Of a DNA stretch of 64,000 nt, positions 23,998 to 36,200 are shown one piece after another. Positions within the stretch are counted from its first letter, which is position 1, and each line of letters begins with the position of its first letter. Under the pieces are notes generated by a model that saw only the letters and a list, made by a program, of their open reading frames with translations, had not been told where the DNA came from and did not search any database. This DNA comes from Babesia bigemina. Its lineage: Eukaryota. The position numbers were made by a program, and so were the translations under genes. The stretch spans positions 62,001 through 126,000 of the forward strand of contig NC_027219.1 of assembly GCF_000981445.1 (NCBI RefSeq), in the 5' to 3' direction.

Positions 23998-26288
23998 TGC
24001 CGTTAGGTGCCGTAACTTGATTAAATATGCATACGCAAATTTCAGAATGCATGCACGTGTAAGTTCAACTTACGAATCCGTAAGGTTTAACCCCGCACGT
24101 ATTTCATTAGTACCCACCACACGGAACGTTATTAAATAAATGTTGACAATCGCAAAACGGACGAGGAGGGCGTGGCCCCTAAGGCAGTTCTTACTGTAAG
24201 GGTAGCAGTACATCATCTCAAGCTATGGTTGCATGAACGTTGTGTACTAGGAAACCTCTTATAACACATGCAGATTAAATGCAGTCGCAGCCGTTGCGTA
24301 TAGCATACACTTCGGCTTTATCACTGTTGCAATTGAGAAACCTGGCTCTAATGCATTATCCCTAATATCAAACCCAGCACTTACGATGGATCGCGTGCCT
24401 CATTGTGGTTTAATATGCAACTACAGTGATCGATCAACCTCCGCAGATAACTCATATTGCTGTATATAATGCAACATCAGTGTCGGCAACATGACCAACA
24501 ATAGGCAAAAATTGGCAAAGCAACAAGCGTACGGCGCGATTTGACGTGACCAGATAATTCGAGTATACACTCTATCATTCCAACGAAAACCAAGCAAAAG
24601 GCGCGAAAGCGAAGTTCTGAAAAACGTGCAAACGTTTCGAAGATTTGCGAAAGGGATGCGCGTTTCTAGGCATAGTGGAGGAATCACGTATTGTCGTTAA
24701 CATGACCATTAGAGATATAATGCTATATAGTTAGTCGCAACAGACTCCACGTAGGTGTTCTAGACGTTAATCTTTATGTTTAAGGTAAAAGCCACTTTCA
24801 AAAAACTGGCTATATCAATCTTACGGTTGTGTTCAAATTTCCCTTATGCACTAGATAATTTGCCGGATCAAAACCGCGATCCCTCATATAGTTGAATATT
24901 ACTCTGTCGACTTGTGTTTCAGGAGGTCCGCAGGTGACAGAACCCGTGATCCGTCTAGAGCACTACGGCATTAGCTGACGCTGAAATATTGATAAACCTA
25001 CCGAGCGTTTGTTGAATGCCAAAATTGAGAGTACTCCTAAATCTTGAGGCAGATAATACACTGCCGCAGCAACGCCGCACTTAACTAGCAAAGAGTTCGC
25101 TGAAATCGATCCCATGTCTTATCACTGGTAGCAACCAAAGAACAACAAACTTAACTATGGAATTTAACTCGAAGGGTGGCGCAAAGTTTTGTCCGCGTAC
25201 GGCGAGTTATGAGTGTCTAAACATACCACTTGCTAATAAAATAGAGGTAGAAAGTTTTCAACACATCGCCTCTACCTTTTGTTTTTACATTCGAAATCGC
25301 CACACCATTTTTATGCAACGCATAATCCAAAAGTAGACAAGAATTGTGTTAAAGGACCGCCAGATAGGAGAACTGTTGTAGTGTTACGAGCGCTATGATG
25401 ACGCCCCGCGGTCTCGGTCTACACATCCCGGTGATATTGCGTCTTGTTTCTCATTACGCATGACCATGGGTCGTACATAACAGTACGATATTTGCTTACG
25501 ATATAATGGCGCATCTGTGGTGTATTCGTGATTTGTGAAACAGTGTTTACGTAGCGATAGAATACACCTACGTCGTTTTAACGTTTAGCAAATACTATTG
25601 AATATCGGTGAACACATGCTATTTGAGACGCAACGCGTGCCAATGTGTTTCGTGAGTTTATCGGAGTATGTTCCTCCGACTCATGAGTGTTGTAAAAGGG
25701 AGGACAACACATTATAGCACTAAACTATCCAAACCCACTGTTTAAAGGACACAGATGAACATAGAATCTTTAAAGTCGGACGTGCCAAGAATGGAGATGG
25801 TGGGATGATATTATCTTCGTGATCACAATAAACCTTTAGGTGCGGCTAACGTTGGTTTGGCTGTGTACCACAATTTTTGCCCACTGCTTGTATATACACA
25901 CTCGACATGAGTTTTTCTTATGTCGTAGGCATTACGGAATATGGGCATTCGAATAGTACCTCTTCTGAAACGAAACCAAGTTTCATGTGGACATGCAGTT
26001 GTCCGCATGAGTCGATTTTAGATGCCGTCTGCGAAGTTCAGCATTTGCTGCTATTATACACATCCATTCTGTTATACGATATAATTGGACGCCGCATTCA
26101 ACACAGACTGATTTAACATCACGTTAAAAATGACAATTTGCGTATGTATTCGAGCGCAATTCAGTTGAGACTTAGTTACAACACATCCCACGTAGCTGTA
26201 TTGTTTCTGTTTAGCTAGCGAATTGATGGACGGCGTAAAGTTTGTAATATGGATGCCAAATCAAGCATAAATCCAAGGTTACAGTTAT

Positions 26289-28181
26289 TTATTGAAGCAA
26301 CGCCGTATCAGGTACTCGTAACATTGCACATATTTGGGCTGCACTGGGTCTTGCGTTTGGGTCGTTTTGCAGGCATTGTGCGATAAGTTGACCCATTCGG
26401 GTATGTGCGAGCGCATGAGGTATATGTGGAACAAGGCCCTTGATGGCGCTTGCTACCATTTTTTCACATATCCTCGCAGGCTTGTCTTGCGCATCAACAA
26501 GGTAGTGAAAAGGCCCACTATATCCGAACATTTCTTGGAATACACACCCCATGGACCATATATCCCATTTTTCGGATAACTCGTTTGGAACTCTACGGGC
26601 GTTTCCTTCTAGCCCAACAATGTCAACCATTATGGACTTGTGCGTCAGGAGCTCCGGAGGGGCGTAAAGCCAAGTCGCGCCTGAAATATTATCTACGTTA
26701 CCATCGGAATTTTCGCAGGCATCGCCAAAATCGCAAAGTTTGATATCCCAATTAGGCAAGACTATGATATTTTCTGGCTTGATATCCCTATGAACGATTT
26801 TACCTCTTTCCTCTGTTGGCGTATGGAGGTAGAGTATTGCGTCAGCAAGTTGCCTACACATTTTTAGACCAACCTTTGGACTTATAAAACGCTTGGTGTG
26901 TTCTCCGTACTTTATGCTGTGCAGGTCGGCGCCCCTTATAAGCTCCGTGCACAGCCAAATATCGAAGACACCAAAAATGAGGCCACCTCGCAATTTGACT
27001 ATGTTTGGATGATCACAGCGTGACAATATATCCCATTCATTTATATATCTGCGCATTACACCAACAGGATCTTGTTGAACCATGACAGACACAGGCACTT
27101 TGACTGCACAATTACCCATCCCCTCCACGCAACCTATATATACTGTGCCAAATGTACCTTCCTGCAATACCTCCCAACTCCCGCTAGAAAGAATAAGCAG
27201 TAACTTTGGATCGAGATTCGTACTTCCATTTGACAGCCTAAACATGGTCATTTTTAAAGAGGCATATTGATCTCTAGTTAACGCCGATATGGCTTCCAGG
27301 TGCCACGACTTTTGCACTCCCGGATTTAGAGTCTCAACATACGGCAATCCCCTGAAAAACATCACTTTATCTTTACGGGATACACCGAAGGGTTTGTGCC
27401 AAAAAAATCCTTTGGAAGTTTTAGATTGCAAAAATGGCGTGTCGTTCGGAGATGTCGATGCATCTCTACATCTGGTTGGACTAGACGACAGCTCTACGTC
27501 ACAACCCTTGTTAGAAGTCAAAGCATCTTTATCATATTTGTTATGCCTAAAAATAAGATTTCCCGGCTTATGAAATTGGGGCGATACCAACCCCCTACGC
27601 AAATACGTGGATGGTTTGAGTTTGCTTCCCTCAACATTGTAAATTTGTGAATTGGCGTTTCTATGCATCCACATACTATTACATTTCAGATTTAATGATG
27701 CGAAAGCTTCTCCTGTTACCAATAGTGGATCGTGATCATCTGCATTTCGAACGTAGTTAACGCCTATACCGTCGCGTTTGTCGTTTAGATGCCTGTTCAA
27801 CGGCAACACGGTGGAATTGGCAGCCCATGCATCCTTTTCATCTCTCACTACACTACACCGGGTGTACCTACACCCTGTATGGTTGTCGGATTCCATGGTT
27901 GAGTGAAATGACCCACAATCATTTGCATGACTGCCAATCGGTAGGCTATAATCGTTGGGTATCATAGCAACTTTTCCGTGTTGATCCTTGACATCTGCTA
28001 GAATTTCATTGTATATATCACTGCGATAGGTGGACATGGTGTCGATGGATGTAATGCCATGTTGGAGATCCTGGGCGCCGCCGACAAAAGACGAAGCACC
28101 TCGCACATCACTGCGCAATGGTCGCACAACTGAAGCGATGCTTCCGACTGGATTGTTTACCTGTTTTGTTGGTTCCTCCAT
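26289..28181 (-). CDS. Protein kinase, probably tyrosine-kinase-like (TKL) group
   Basis: EGTFGTVY, AVK, HRDIKPEN, DFG, APPE, DIWSMG and RPSA motifs after a long low-complexity N-terminus. Confidence 0.9.
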   Translation of the reverse strand: MEEPTKQVNNPVGSIASVVRPLRSDVRGASSFVGGAQDLQHGITSIDTMSTYRSDIYNEILADVKDQHGKVAMIPNDYSLPIGSHANDCGSFHSTMESDNHTGCRYTRCSVVRDEKDAWAANSTVLPLNRHLNDKRDGIGVNYVRNADDHDPLLVTGEAFASLNLKCNSMWMHRNANSQIYNVEGSKLKPSTYLRRGLVSPQFHKPGNLIFRHNKYDKDALTSNKGCDVELSSSPTRCRDASTSPNDTPFLQSKTSKGFFWHKPFGVSRKDKVMFFRGLPYVETLNPGVQKSWHLEAISALTRDQYASLKMTMFRLSNGSTNLDPKLLLILSSGSWEVLQEGTFGTVYIGCVEGMGNCAVKVPVSVMVQQDPVGVMRRYINEWDILSRCDHPNIVKLRGGLIFGVFDIWLCTELIRGADLHSIKYGEHTKRFISPKVGLKMCRQLADAILYLHTPTEERGKIVHRDIKPENIIVLPNWDIKLCDFGDACENSDGNVDNISGATWLYAPPELLTHKSIMVDIVGLEGNARRVPNELSEKWDIWSMGCVFQEMFGYSGPFHYLVDAQDKPARICEKMVASAIKGLVPHIPHALAHTRMGQLIAQCLQNDPNARPSAAQICAMLRVPDTALLQ

Positions 28182-28404
28182 GTGTTGTAGGCAGCTTTAC
28201 ATGGATGCCCTCGGCGGTTATGCGCTTGTCTCATGTAAGATGGTTTTCACACATAACACCAACTTCATATTTTATCAAAATGAAAACACATCATTCAAAG
28301 TCTGTGAAGGTGTGTATTGCGTGCGATCTTGCGTCAGAGGCAGTTGGGTGTTTCTCCGCTCTCCACACACAACCCGCTGTTTATTTTGTATGTCTATCAA
28401 ACGA

Positions 28405-29685
28405 TTACATCCGGTTTTTCAATACATCTAGGTTAGGCCACTCCCTTAAATTCTCGAGCGCCGTCCTGTTAAAGGCTCCGCTGTATAGGCTAAAGGGGTT
28501 TGAAAGACGAGGCCGTACTACTTCGTGTCCGGTCCTGGCATGGAGGAACTCCACGTTATATAAATCTGCAACGACAAATTTACGAGATACGTCGGTTTCC
28601 GGTATTAAGCCAGATATGGAGTAGATGTGTGCCACCAAATCAGCCGCACCGACGATACGTTTTGCTAGTGTAGCAGTCTTCCCATAAAGCCCACAAACCG
28701 CAATTGCAACATCATCAGGCATATGCCTTCCCTCATTCACGGCCTGTAGAGAGGCCATATAGTCAGCCGGATTAGATTTGAACCCGCGGTCGCTTACCTT
28801 ATCCGACTTGCTCTTCCCACTCAAATGATAACTCCGTTGCGTGGTGTCGGAAGGCGAATATTTCAGCCCCCAAACCCCGAAATCTTGCGGAATAAGCGCT
28901 GATTTGCGGAGGTCGGTGCTGCCTGAATATGTTTCAGACTTCTGATATGTGGAAGTATCTACTCTTGCGGGGTCTCGCCAACTTCTCCACACGTCGACCA
29001 TATGGGAATGAATTGATGTCACAGGTGCCTCACATAAGTGTTCAATTGTATTATTAACACACTGACGCCGTATGTCATCACAAATAAGCCTCTTCACAGT
29101 GATCATTTCTGGCGCAAATTGCTTTACGAATTGCTGAGGTTCTACAAGCGTGCATCGGTCTAATGAATTAGGTCGACATGGCAAGTTGCAACTCAATTTG
29201 ACGTCCCTTATATCCACTGTAACAGATGGCATGAAAAAAAAGAAACCATGTTCTTGTTTCTTGTATACTATGGCGACATCATCATGATATCTATTCCCAG
29301 AGAGCAGTCTTGCAGCGATTATTTTGAATCTGTCTACCCGATTGTGTTTTTCTACATTGTAACGAATGAATACGAGGTCCCCCGTGCGCAGCTGTTTAAC
29401 ATTGTCAGAAATCGTACGTAAGTATCCTGAATGATCGACGGCGGCTAGGCCGTTTGGTTTGTTTTTGAGTCCTGTCCCTGAGACGTTGCTTGTATCCTTA
29501 TCGATTACGCCTGTTCCGACTTTAGATTAGCAACAAATGACGTTACCACTTTTCTCGTTGACCAGGCTAAGGTAATGACGAAAGAGATGTAGGAATTCGC
29601 CTCGGTTTGTGTATATGAAACCACCTGCAACTGCAAAACCTAGTAGATACTCCTTATATAGGACCCCTCTAAGTTTTCGCAACAT
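28405..29685 (-). CDS. Membrane-anchored hypothetical protein with permuted NlpC/P60 (YiiX-like) features, 2 exons
   Basis: The frame is open upstream of the annotated Met to ~29519. A ~27-30 nt intron (29520-29546) joins exon 1 MLRKLRGVLYKEYLLGFAVAGGFIY. Motifs LRTGDLVF, HDDVAIV and GAADLVAHIY. Confidence 0.65.
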
Positions 29686-30089
29686 TTTAATGCGCTACCA
29701 CGCTATACCGAAAGGTTACGGCCAGTTTGATATCCCTCGTGATGTACTCAGGGGCGGTACACACACATCGTAACATAGACTGGCTTATCATCATGTTAAT
29801 GCTCATGTATACCAAAGTAATTCAAAATACAACGCATCACGTTTATTTTGAAGACTGTGGACACCGCGTAACATTAATCACCAGCTGCGCTACGTTTGAA
29901 ACACAAAATACAAAGGTTTCTTGTAAAAAAGACTCAAATCAAAGGCACGCCTTTTGTATTCATAACACATCGATGAAACCGATACAAGTGTGCTTGGAAG
30001 ACATGTCGTTCATGAGCTTTTATACTTGCGATCCCCATAGCATTATGAAACATTTTTTTCTTTAAAAAACCGTCATATATCGCAGCAAG

Positions 30090-31407
30090 ATGGCGGAAAA
30101 CTTGGCACGAATTATTGGTACAGAGGAAGATCGCGTGAATTGCCCTTTCTATTGGAAGATTGGCGCTTGTCGCCATGGAGATCAGTGCAGCCGCGCACAT
30201 TATAAGCCTTCTGCGGCGCAGACACTCGTCATCCGTCACATGTATCAGAATCCGCCAGTTGCCATTGCTATTGCTGAGGGCCAGATGAGTAAGTTTTATA
30301 CTTGGGAAACAACATTTTTGTTTTTTTTGTTTATGCTTTACAACGGATGTCGCACGACTTCTTGTTATCAGCTTCTACATTCCACATACCATTGACGTTA
30401 CATTATTGAAACTATTGATGGTTGGAGCTACATAATATGTATTTGAATTTTTGACCGTCAAGAAACAACCTTCCCCCTTCCGGCCATCATCCCCGCCGAG
30501 GGATTTTTCTGCAAAATAAATATGACCATTTGGGTTCGACATTATCCGGTGAATTTGTGGTTGGAATACAACACAAAACTGTATACTTCATGTCTATTTA
30601 GTTGTGAACCTACATGTCTACGTTCACTCTGATCATGCATTTGGTCTATATTTTGAAACTATTAAGGTTCACATACTTTTATTTGATATACAATCTGTTA
30701 TGTAATTGCTGTTATAGTCCCAGCTTTTATTGTGGTTCGATACCATCTGTTTACAGTTTCTGACGAACTACTGGACAAAGCTGCCGATCACTTTGAGGAG
30801 TTTTATGAGGAGGTTTTTTTGGAGCTAATGAAGTATGGAGAGATTGAGGATATGGTGGTTTGTGATAATATAGGTGATCACATTATTGGGAATGTGTACG
30901 TAAAATATCGCGATGAAAATAGCGCAGCTCATGCGATCTCCATGTTGTCTGGCAGATTTTACGGAGGTATGTTAAGACATAAGTCCTTGCCACGTATCCT
31001 AGTAAAAGTGTAGTCATTCAATTGCACACGTTTATTCGCTGGTCATGAAAGCATACAGGGAAACCGATTCAATGCGAGTACACACCCGTCACAGATTTCC
31101 GCGAAGCCCGCTGTCGCCAATTTGTCGAGGGACAATGTCGGCGTGGTGGCTATTGTAACTTTATGCACATAAAACATGTCCCGAGATCGGTGCGTAGGAA
31201 ATTGAACGAGAGAATGTACACCGAATATCCAGAATACAAGAGGAGGTCTCCACGCCGTTCCGACGGAAGCGCAAGGTACGTAATACTTGCTTTCCATACC
31301 TAAGTTCTTTCAGCCGCGATAGACCCAGACGCCAGTCTAGTCAGGAGCGTCGCAACATGATAGAAATGTGGAACAGGGAAAGGGAAGCCAGAGAGGCTGC
31401 CAAGTGA
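30090..31407 (+). CDS. U2AF1: U2 snRNP auxiliary factor small subunit (U2AF35), 4 exons
   Basis: [20 protein letters not shown] zinc finger, UHM domain ([19 protein letters not shown]...GNVYVKY), second zinc finger and RS-like tail. Stop TGA ends at 31407. Confidence 0.97.
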
Positions 31408-31897
31408 TTCTATTCACTGTAGATCGGGGGATATTATAGTGCGCAAAAACTGTCAGCTCCAACTAAAAATGTGTATCGAGGCAGAATCCAGCGTCTATTT
31501 TTCATTTCTGGGATGCGACCTGCAAACTGCAAATTGCGTTTTTGCAACGTTCCTACTCTACACGAAGCGGAAACCTGCAGTAAGCAGTCACGTTTAGATA
31601 TAGCGTATACAGTACACAGTTTATCATTATTGTGGTATAAGAACAGCATTGAACAGCAGTGTCTTTAACCCGTCGCAGTGGCGGCTTTGAGGTGTGCAGC
31701 AGAACTTGAACCTAAAGTTGCACACATCCCTATAAAACAGCCACAATTATTATTCGAAACAGTTGGTGTGTTAAAACAGTTCAAATTTTCGAGCTTAACG
31801 AAATGTGTACGCGGATGCCCTATGATTCCCCATTTCTACTTGTGATTATTGACCGTAACGTGGGTCATACGACGTTGGATGTAACGGCCTATAGAAA

Positions 31898-32887
31898 ATG
31901 TCTGGCACTGCATCCGGGTACGACTTGTCCGTGTCGACTTTTTCGCCAGATGGGCACGTCTTCCAGGTGGAATACGCGACAAAGGCAGTCGACGCCGCGC
32001 CAACAGTTGCGGCTGCCGTTTGCTGCGATGGCATAGTCTTTTTATCCGATTCTGTGTTGTGTGGATATGACGAAACTACTACAACAGGCCGCAATGTTCT
32101 CCAATCGAAGCCAGCACTCCGTTTGTACGCATTGGATGAAGGTGTAGGTTGTGCGGTGACTGGTATGATTCCGGATGCGCAATGCATTGTGCGCCGCGCG
32201 AAGGCGGAAAGCAAGTCATTCTTTGAGGAATACGGCGTGAAGATTCCTATTTCTCTGCTGGCTGAGCGAGTTGCATTGTTTGTGCATGCTTTTACGTTGT
32301 ACTGGCACGTGCGGCCCTTTGGCGCATCAATGATTTTATCGGGAGTCGACTCTAATGGCAAGAGTAAGTCAACAATATAGTTATTTGTGCATGATTCGAC
32401 AGTTGCCATGTATGTAATTTTATAACCTTTGACCCACATGCTATAATTGTGACGTATCCGTGTATACTGTTGATATTGCAAGACGCTGTTTCTACTGACC
32501 TAAGCTTCAGATAGATACAATTTTTGATTATATGCACACTTTTGAATGTCTATTTGTCTGACTGTAGTTGCAGAATCCTTGTACTGCATCGATCCGAGTG
32601 GTGCGTGTTACAAGTATGCCGGCATGGCCGTCGGTAAGTGCAAGCACCTGGTCAAGACAGAGATGGAGAAACTAGATTTAGCTGCTTTATCTTGCCGTGA
32701 AGCTCTTAAGGAGTTGTCTTTGGCCATAATGATTGGGCGCGACGGCGATTCAAGCAAGACCAACGATATTCAGATGGCATGGATTTGCGGCGAAAGCAAC
32801 GGCCAATTTGAGCAGGTACCCAGTGATGTGGCGACAGAGGCTAAGTTAGAAGCGTCAAAACGTCATGCGATGCTCCATGGCCAGTAA
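31898..32887 (+). CDS. PSMA3: 20S proteasome subunit alpha type-3 (alpha7), 2 exons
   Basis: GYDLSVSTFSPDGHVFQVEYA, HAFTLYWHVRPFG and LYCIDPSG; intron 32364-32573. Confidence 0.95.
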
Positions 32888-33222
32888 TCACAGCAAACAT
32901 TCCACATTAGAGGGTGTGTTATGCGGCGTGTCGCCTCGGCCCGGCTTCTTGTTGAAACATTAATTGTTTATCGTAATCTAAGTAATGATGTGCACTATTT
33001 TCCCTTCTCTGTGACCGATTAACCGGTTGTATAGAGCCATGGACATTGGAATCTTATCCCCACGTCTCGTGGCTCTGGACGAGCTTCCTTTAGAGGTCGT
33101 TGTATGAGACTACGAATACCAGAATGCTCGCCATTATAATTTATTGGTTATACGGACTATCTGCGTATCCTAACAATCATGTCTGAGTGTGTTTTGGCGA
33201 GCTATCGTAAGGCTCTACAACG

Positions 33223-36200
33223 ATGAAGAATCTATCTGGCGCGAGTCATAGGGGTGGTTCGCTAAGTAGCAACACCAACGAAAGTAATATTTCGGCAATG
33301 GGTGTGCCAGCTCCGCCCGGAATGGCTATTAATTGTGGCGGACTGCCGCCTGGGTACAACGTTGGATATACTCACAAGACCGAGTTTGAGATTCTGCAAG
33401 ACAAGGCACGTAAATGGCAGAAGTTGAACACTAGAAGGTTTACAAAAACTTCAGCTGCTCCTTTGGCAACATATGCCGCCCCGATGCCCCCGGAGCATCT
33501 TCGGAAGGTTTTCCGGGAGCACGGCGACATGAGTAATCGGAAATACCGGTATGACAAGCGTGTTTATCTGGGAGCGCTGAAATATGTACCTCATGCTGTA
33601 TACAAGTTGTTGGAGAACATGCCGATGCCTTGGGAACAGTTGCGTAATGTACGAGTTCTCTATCACATTACGGGTGCGATAACTTTCGTCGACGAGATAC
33701 CTTGGGTTGTGGATCCCATATTTTTGGCACAATGGGGGACTATGTGGATTATGATGCGCCGAGAAAAGCGTGATCGTCGTCATTTCAAGCGTATGAGGTT
33801 CCCCCCCTTTGATGATGAGGAACCTCCTCTTGATTACAGCGAGAACATCCTCGATGTGGAACCTTTGGAAGCCATCCAGATGCAGCTCGATCCCGAAGAG
33901 GATGCGGCTGTTATGAACTGGTTTTACGACTCAAAACCACTTCAGTACGAGTCGAAAATGATAAATGGCCCAAGTTACCGTCGTTGGTTTCTCACGGTAG
34001 AACAAATGGGGGTATTATATCGCCTGGCCGGTCAGCTATTCTCAGATATACAAGATGACAATTACTTCTATCTATTCAATTTAAAAGCGTTTTATACAGC
34101 GAAGGCACTTAACACGGCAATTCCAGGAGGTCCGAAATTCGAGCCTCTTTTTCGTGATGCGCAGGAGGACGAAGACTGGAACGAGTTCAATGATGTCTCC
34201 AAAATTATCATTCGTCAGCAAATTCGTACTGAATACAAGATCGCATTCCCCTATTTGTATTGCAACAGGCCGCGTAAAGTTGCCATTGCGCCTTACCACA
34301 CCAAGTTATGCGCGTATGTTAAGCAGGATGACCCGGATCTACCTGTTTTCTACTATGATCCTGTCATAAACCCTATACCTGCGTATACAATAAAGGATGG
34401 TAATGTCAGAGAATACGATTCTGAGGACTGGGATAGAAGTGATGCTACAGATCCTTGCTCTAAGCCTAACTCCTTCGTTAGCTGCTCTGCTGCCGAAACA
34501 TTGAATGACGGAGTCGAGAACAATAAAAATGGCGACATTTCGTATTCTTCACCGGATGCAGGAACTAATTTCCCAAGAGGCGTCGTTCCGCTTCTGGCGA
34601 CGGTTCCATTGGAAAGCGATAACACGTCGAATGGCGTCGCACTATGTTGGGCCCCACATCCCTTCAACAAGCGCTCTGGCAACTGCCGTCGTGCCATCGA
34701 TTTGCCGATAGTGCAGTCGTGGTTCCGCGAGCATGTTCCGGCGTCTCATCCGGTAAAGGTTCGTGTATCTTATCAGAAACTCCTTAAGGGTTGGGTTCTG
34801 AGCAATCTGCATTCGCGCAGACCGAAGAGCATGAAAAAAAGAAAGCTGTTTAAGCTTTTCAGAGCAACAAAGTTTTTCCAAACTACGGAGATGGATTGGG
34901 TGGAGGTTGGGTTACAAGTTTGTCGCCAGGGTTATAACATGCTTAATCTTTTGATTCATCGCAAGAATTTGACGTATCTGCATTTAGATTATAACTTCAA
35001 CTTGAAACCTGTGAAGACTCTAACAACGAAGGAACGCAAGAAATCGCGTTTTGGTAACGCTTTTCACCTGTGCCGCGAAATATTGCGGTTGACCAAGCTA
35101 GTAGTGGATTCCCACGCGCAGTATCGATTAGGAAATGTCGATGCATATCAGCTTGCAGATGGGTTGCAGTATATATTTGCTCATGTGGGCCAGTTAACCG
35201 GTATGTATCGTTACAAGTATAGGCTGATGCGTCAGGTCCGCATGTGCAAAGACTTAAAGCACCTGATTTACTACCGATTTAACACGGGTTCGGTTGGTAA
35301 AGGACCCGGCTGCGGTTTCTGGGTCTGTGGTTGGCGTGTATGGTGTTTTTTCCTGCGTGGTATCATGCCTTTGCTTGAGCGTTGGCTTGGTAACCTTCTG
35401 GCTCGCCAGTTTGAGGGCAGGGTGTCTAAGGGTGTCGCAAAAACAGTCACGAAACAACGTGTGGAGTCTCACTTCGATCTTGAGCTGCGTGCCGCTGTCA
35501 TGCACGATATCCTGGATATGATGCCCGAAGGCATTCGTGCCAACAAAGCGCGCACTATTCTTCAACACCTAAGTGAAGCATGGCGTTGTTGGAAAGCCAA
35601 CATTCCGTGGAAGGTGCCTGAGATGCCTGCGGCAATTGAAAACATGATCCTTCGCTACGTAAAGATGAAGGCTGATTGGTGGACGAACGCTTCTTACTAT
35701 AACAGAGAACGCATTAAAAGGGGGGCCACCGTCGACAAGACAGTGTGCAAAAAAAATCTTGGGCGTCTAACTCGTTTGTGGCTGAAGTCCGAACAGGAGC
35801 GCCAGCACGGATACCTCAAGGATGGCCCCTACATTACTGGTGAAGAAGCAGTAGCAATATACACGACTGCTGTTCATTGGTTGGAATCACGTAAATTTTC
35901 ACACATTCCTTTTCCCCCGTTGAACTACAAACACGACACGAAGCTCTTGATTTTGGCATTGGAGCGGTTGAAGGAGCCGTATTCGACAAAAGGCCGTCTG
36001 AATCAAAACCAGAGAGAGGAATTGGGTTTAATAGAACAAGCATATGATAATCCACACGAAGCTCTGAGTCGTATTAAGAGACATTTGCTTACACAGCGTG
36101 CTTTTAAAGAGGTTACGATAGAGTTCATGGATCTCTATAGCCACTTGATTCCCGTGTATGACATTGATCCACTGGAGAAAATAACCGATGCGTACCTGAG

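Noticed and set aside
30730..30748. GGTTCGATACC resembling a tRNA T-arm
   Set aside because: No acceptor, D or anticodon stems; it lies in the U2AF1 splice-acceptor region.
31434..31760. Possible small spliced gene on the minus strand between U2AF1 and the proteasome gene
   Set aside because: Splice-like sites are present, but I could not build a coherent, recognisable model.
31846..32481. 211-aa minus-strand ORF
   Set aside because: Antisense shadow of the proteasome alpha7 gene.
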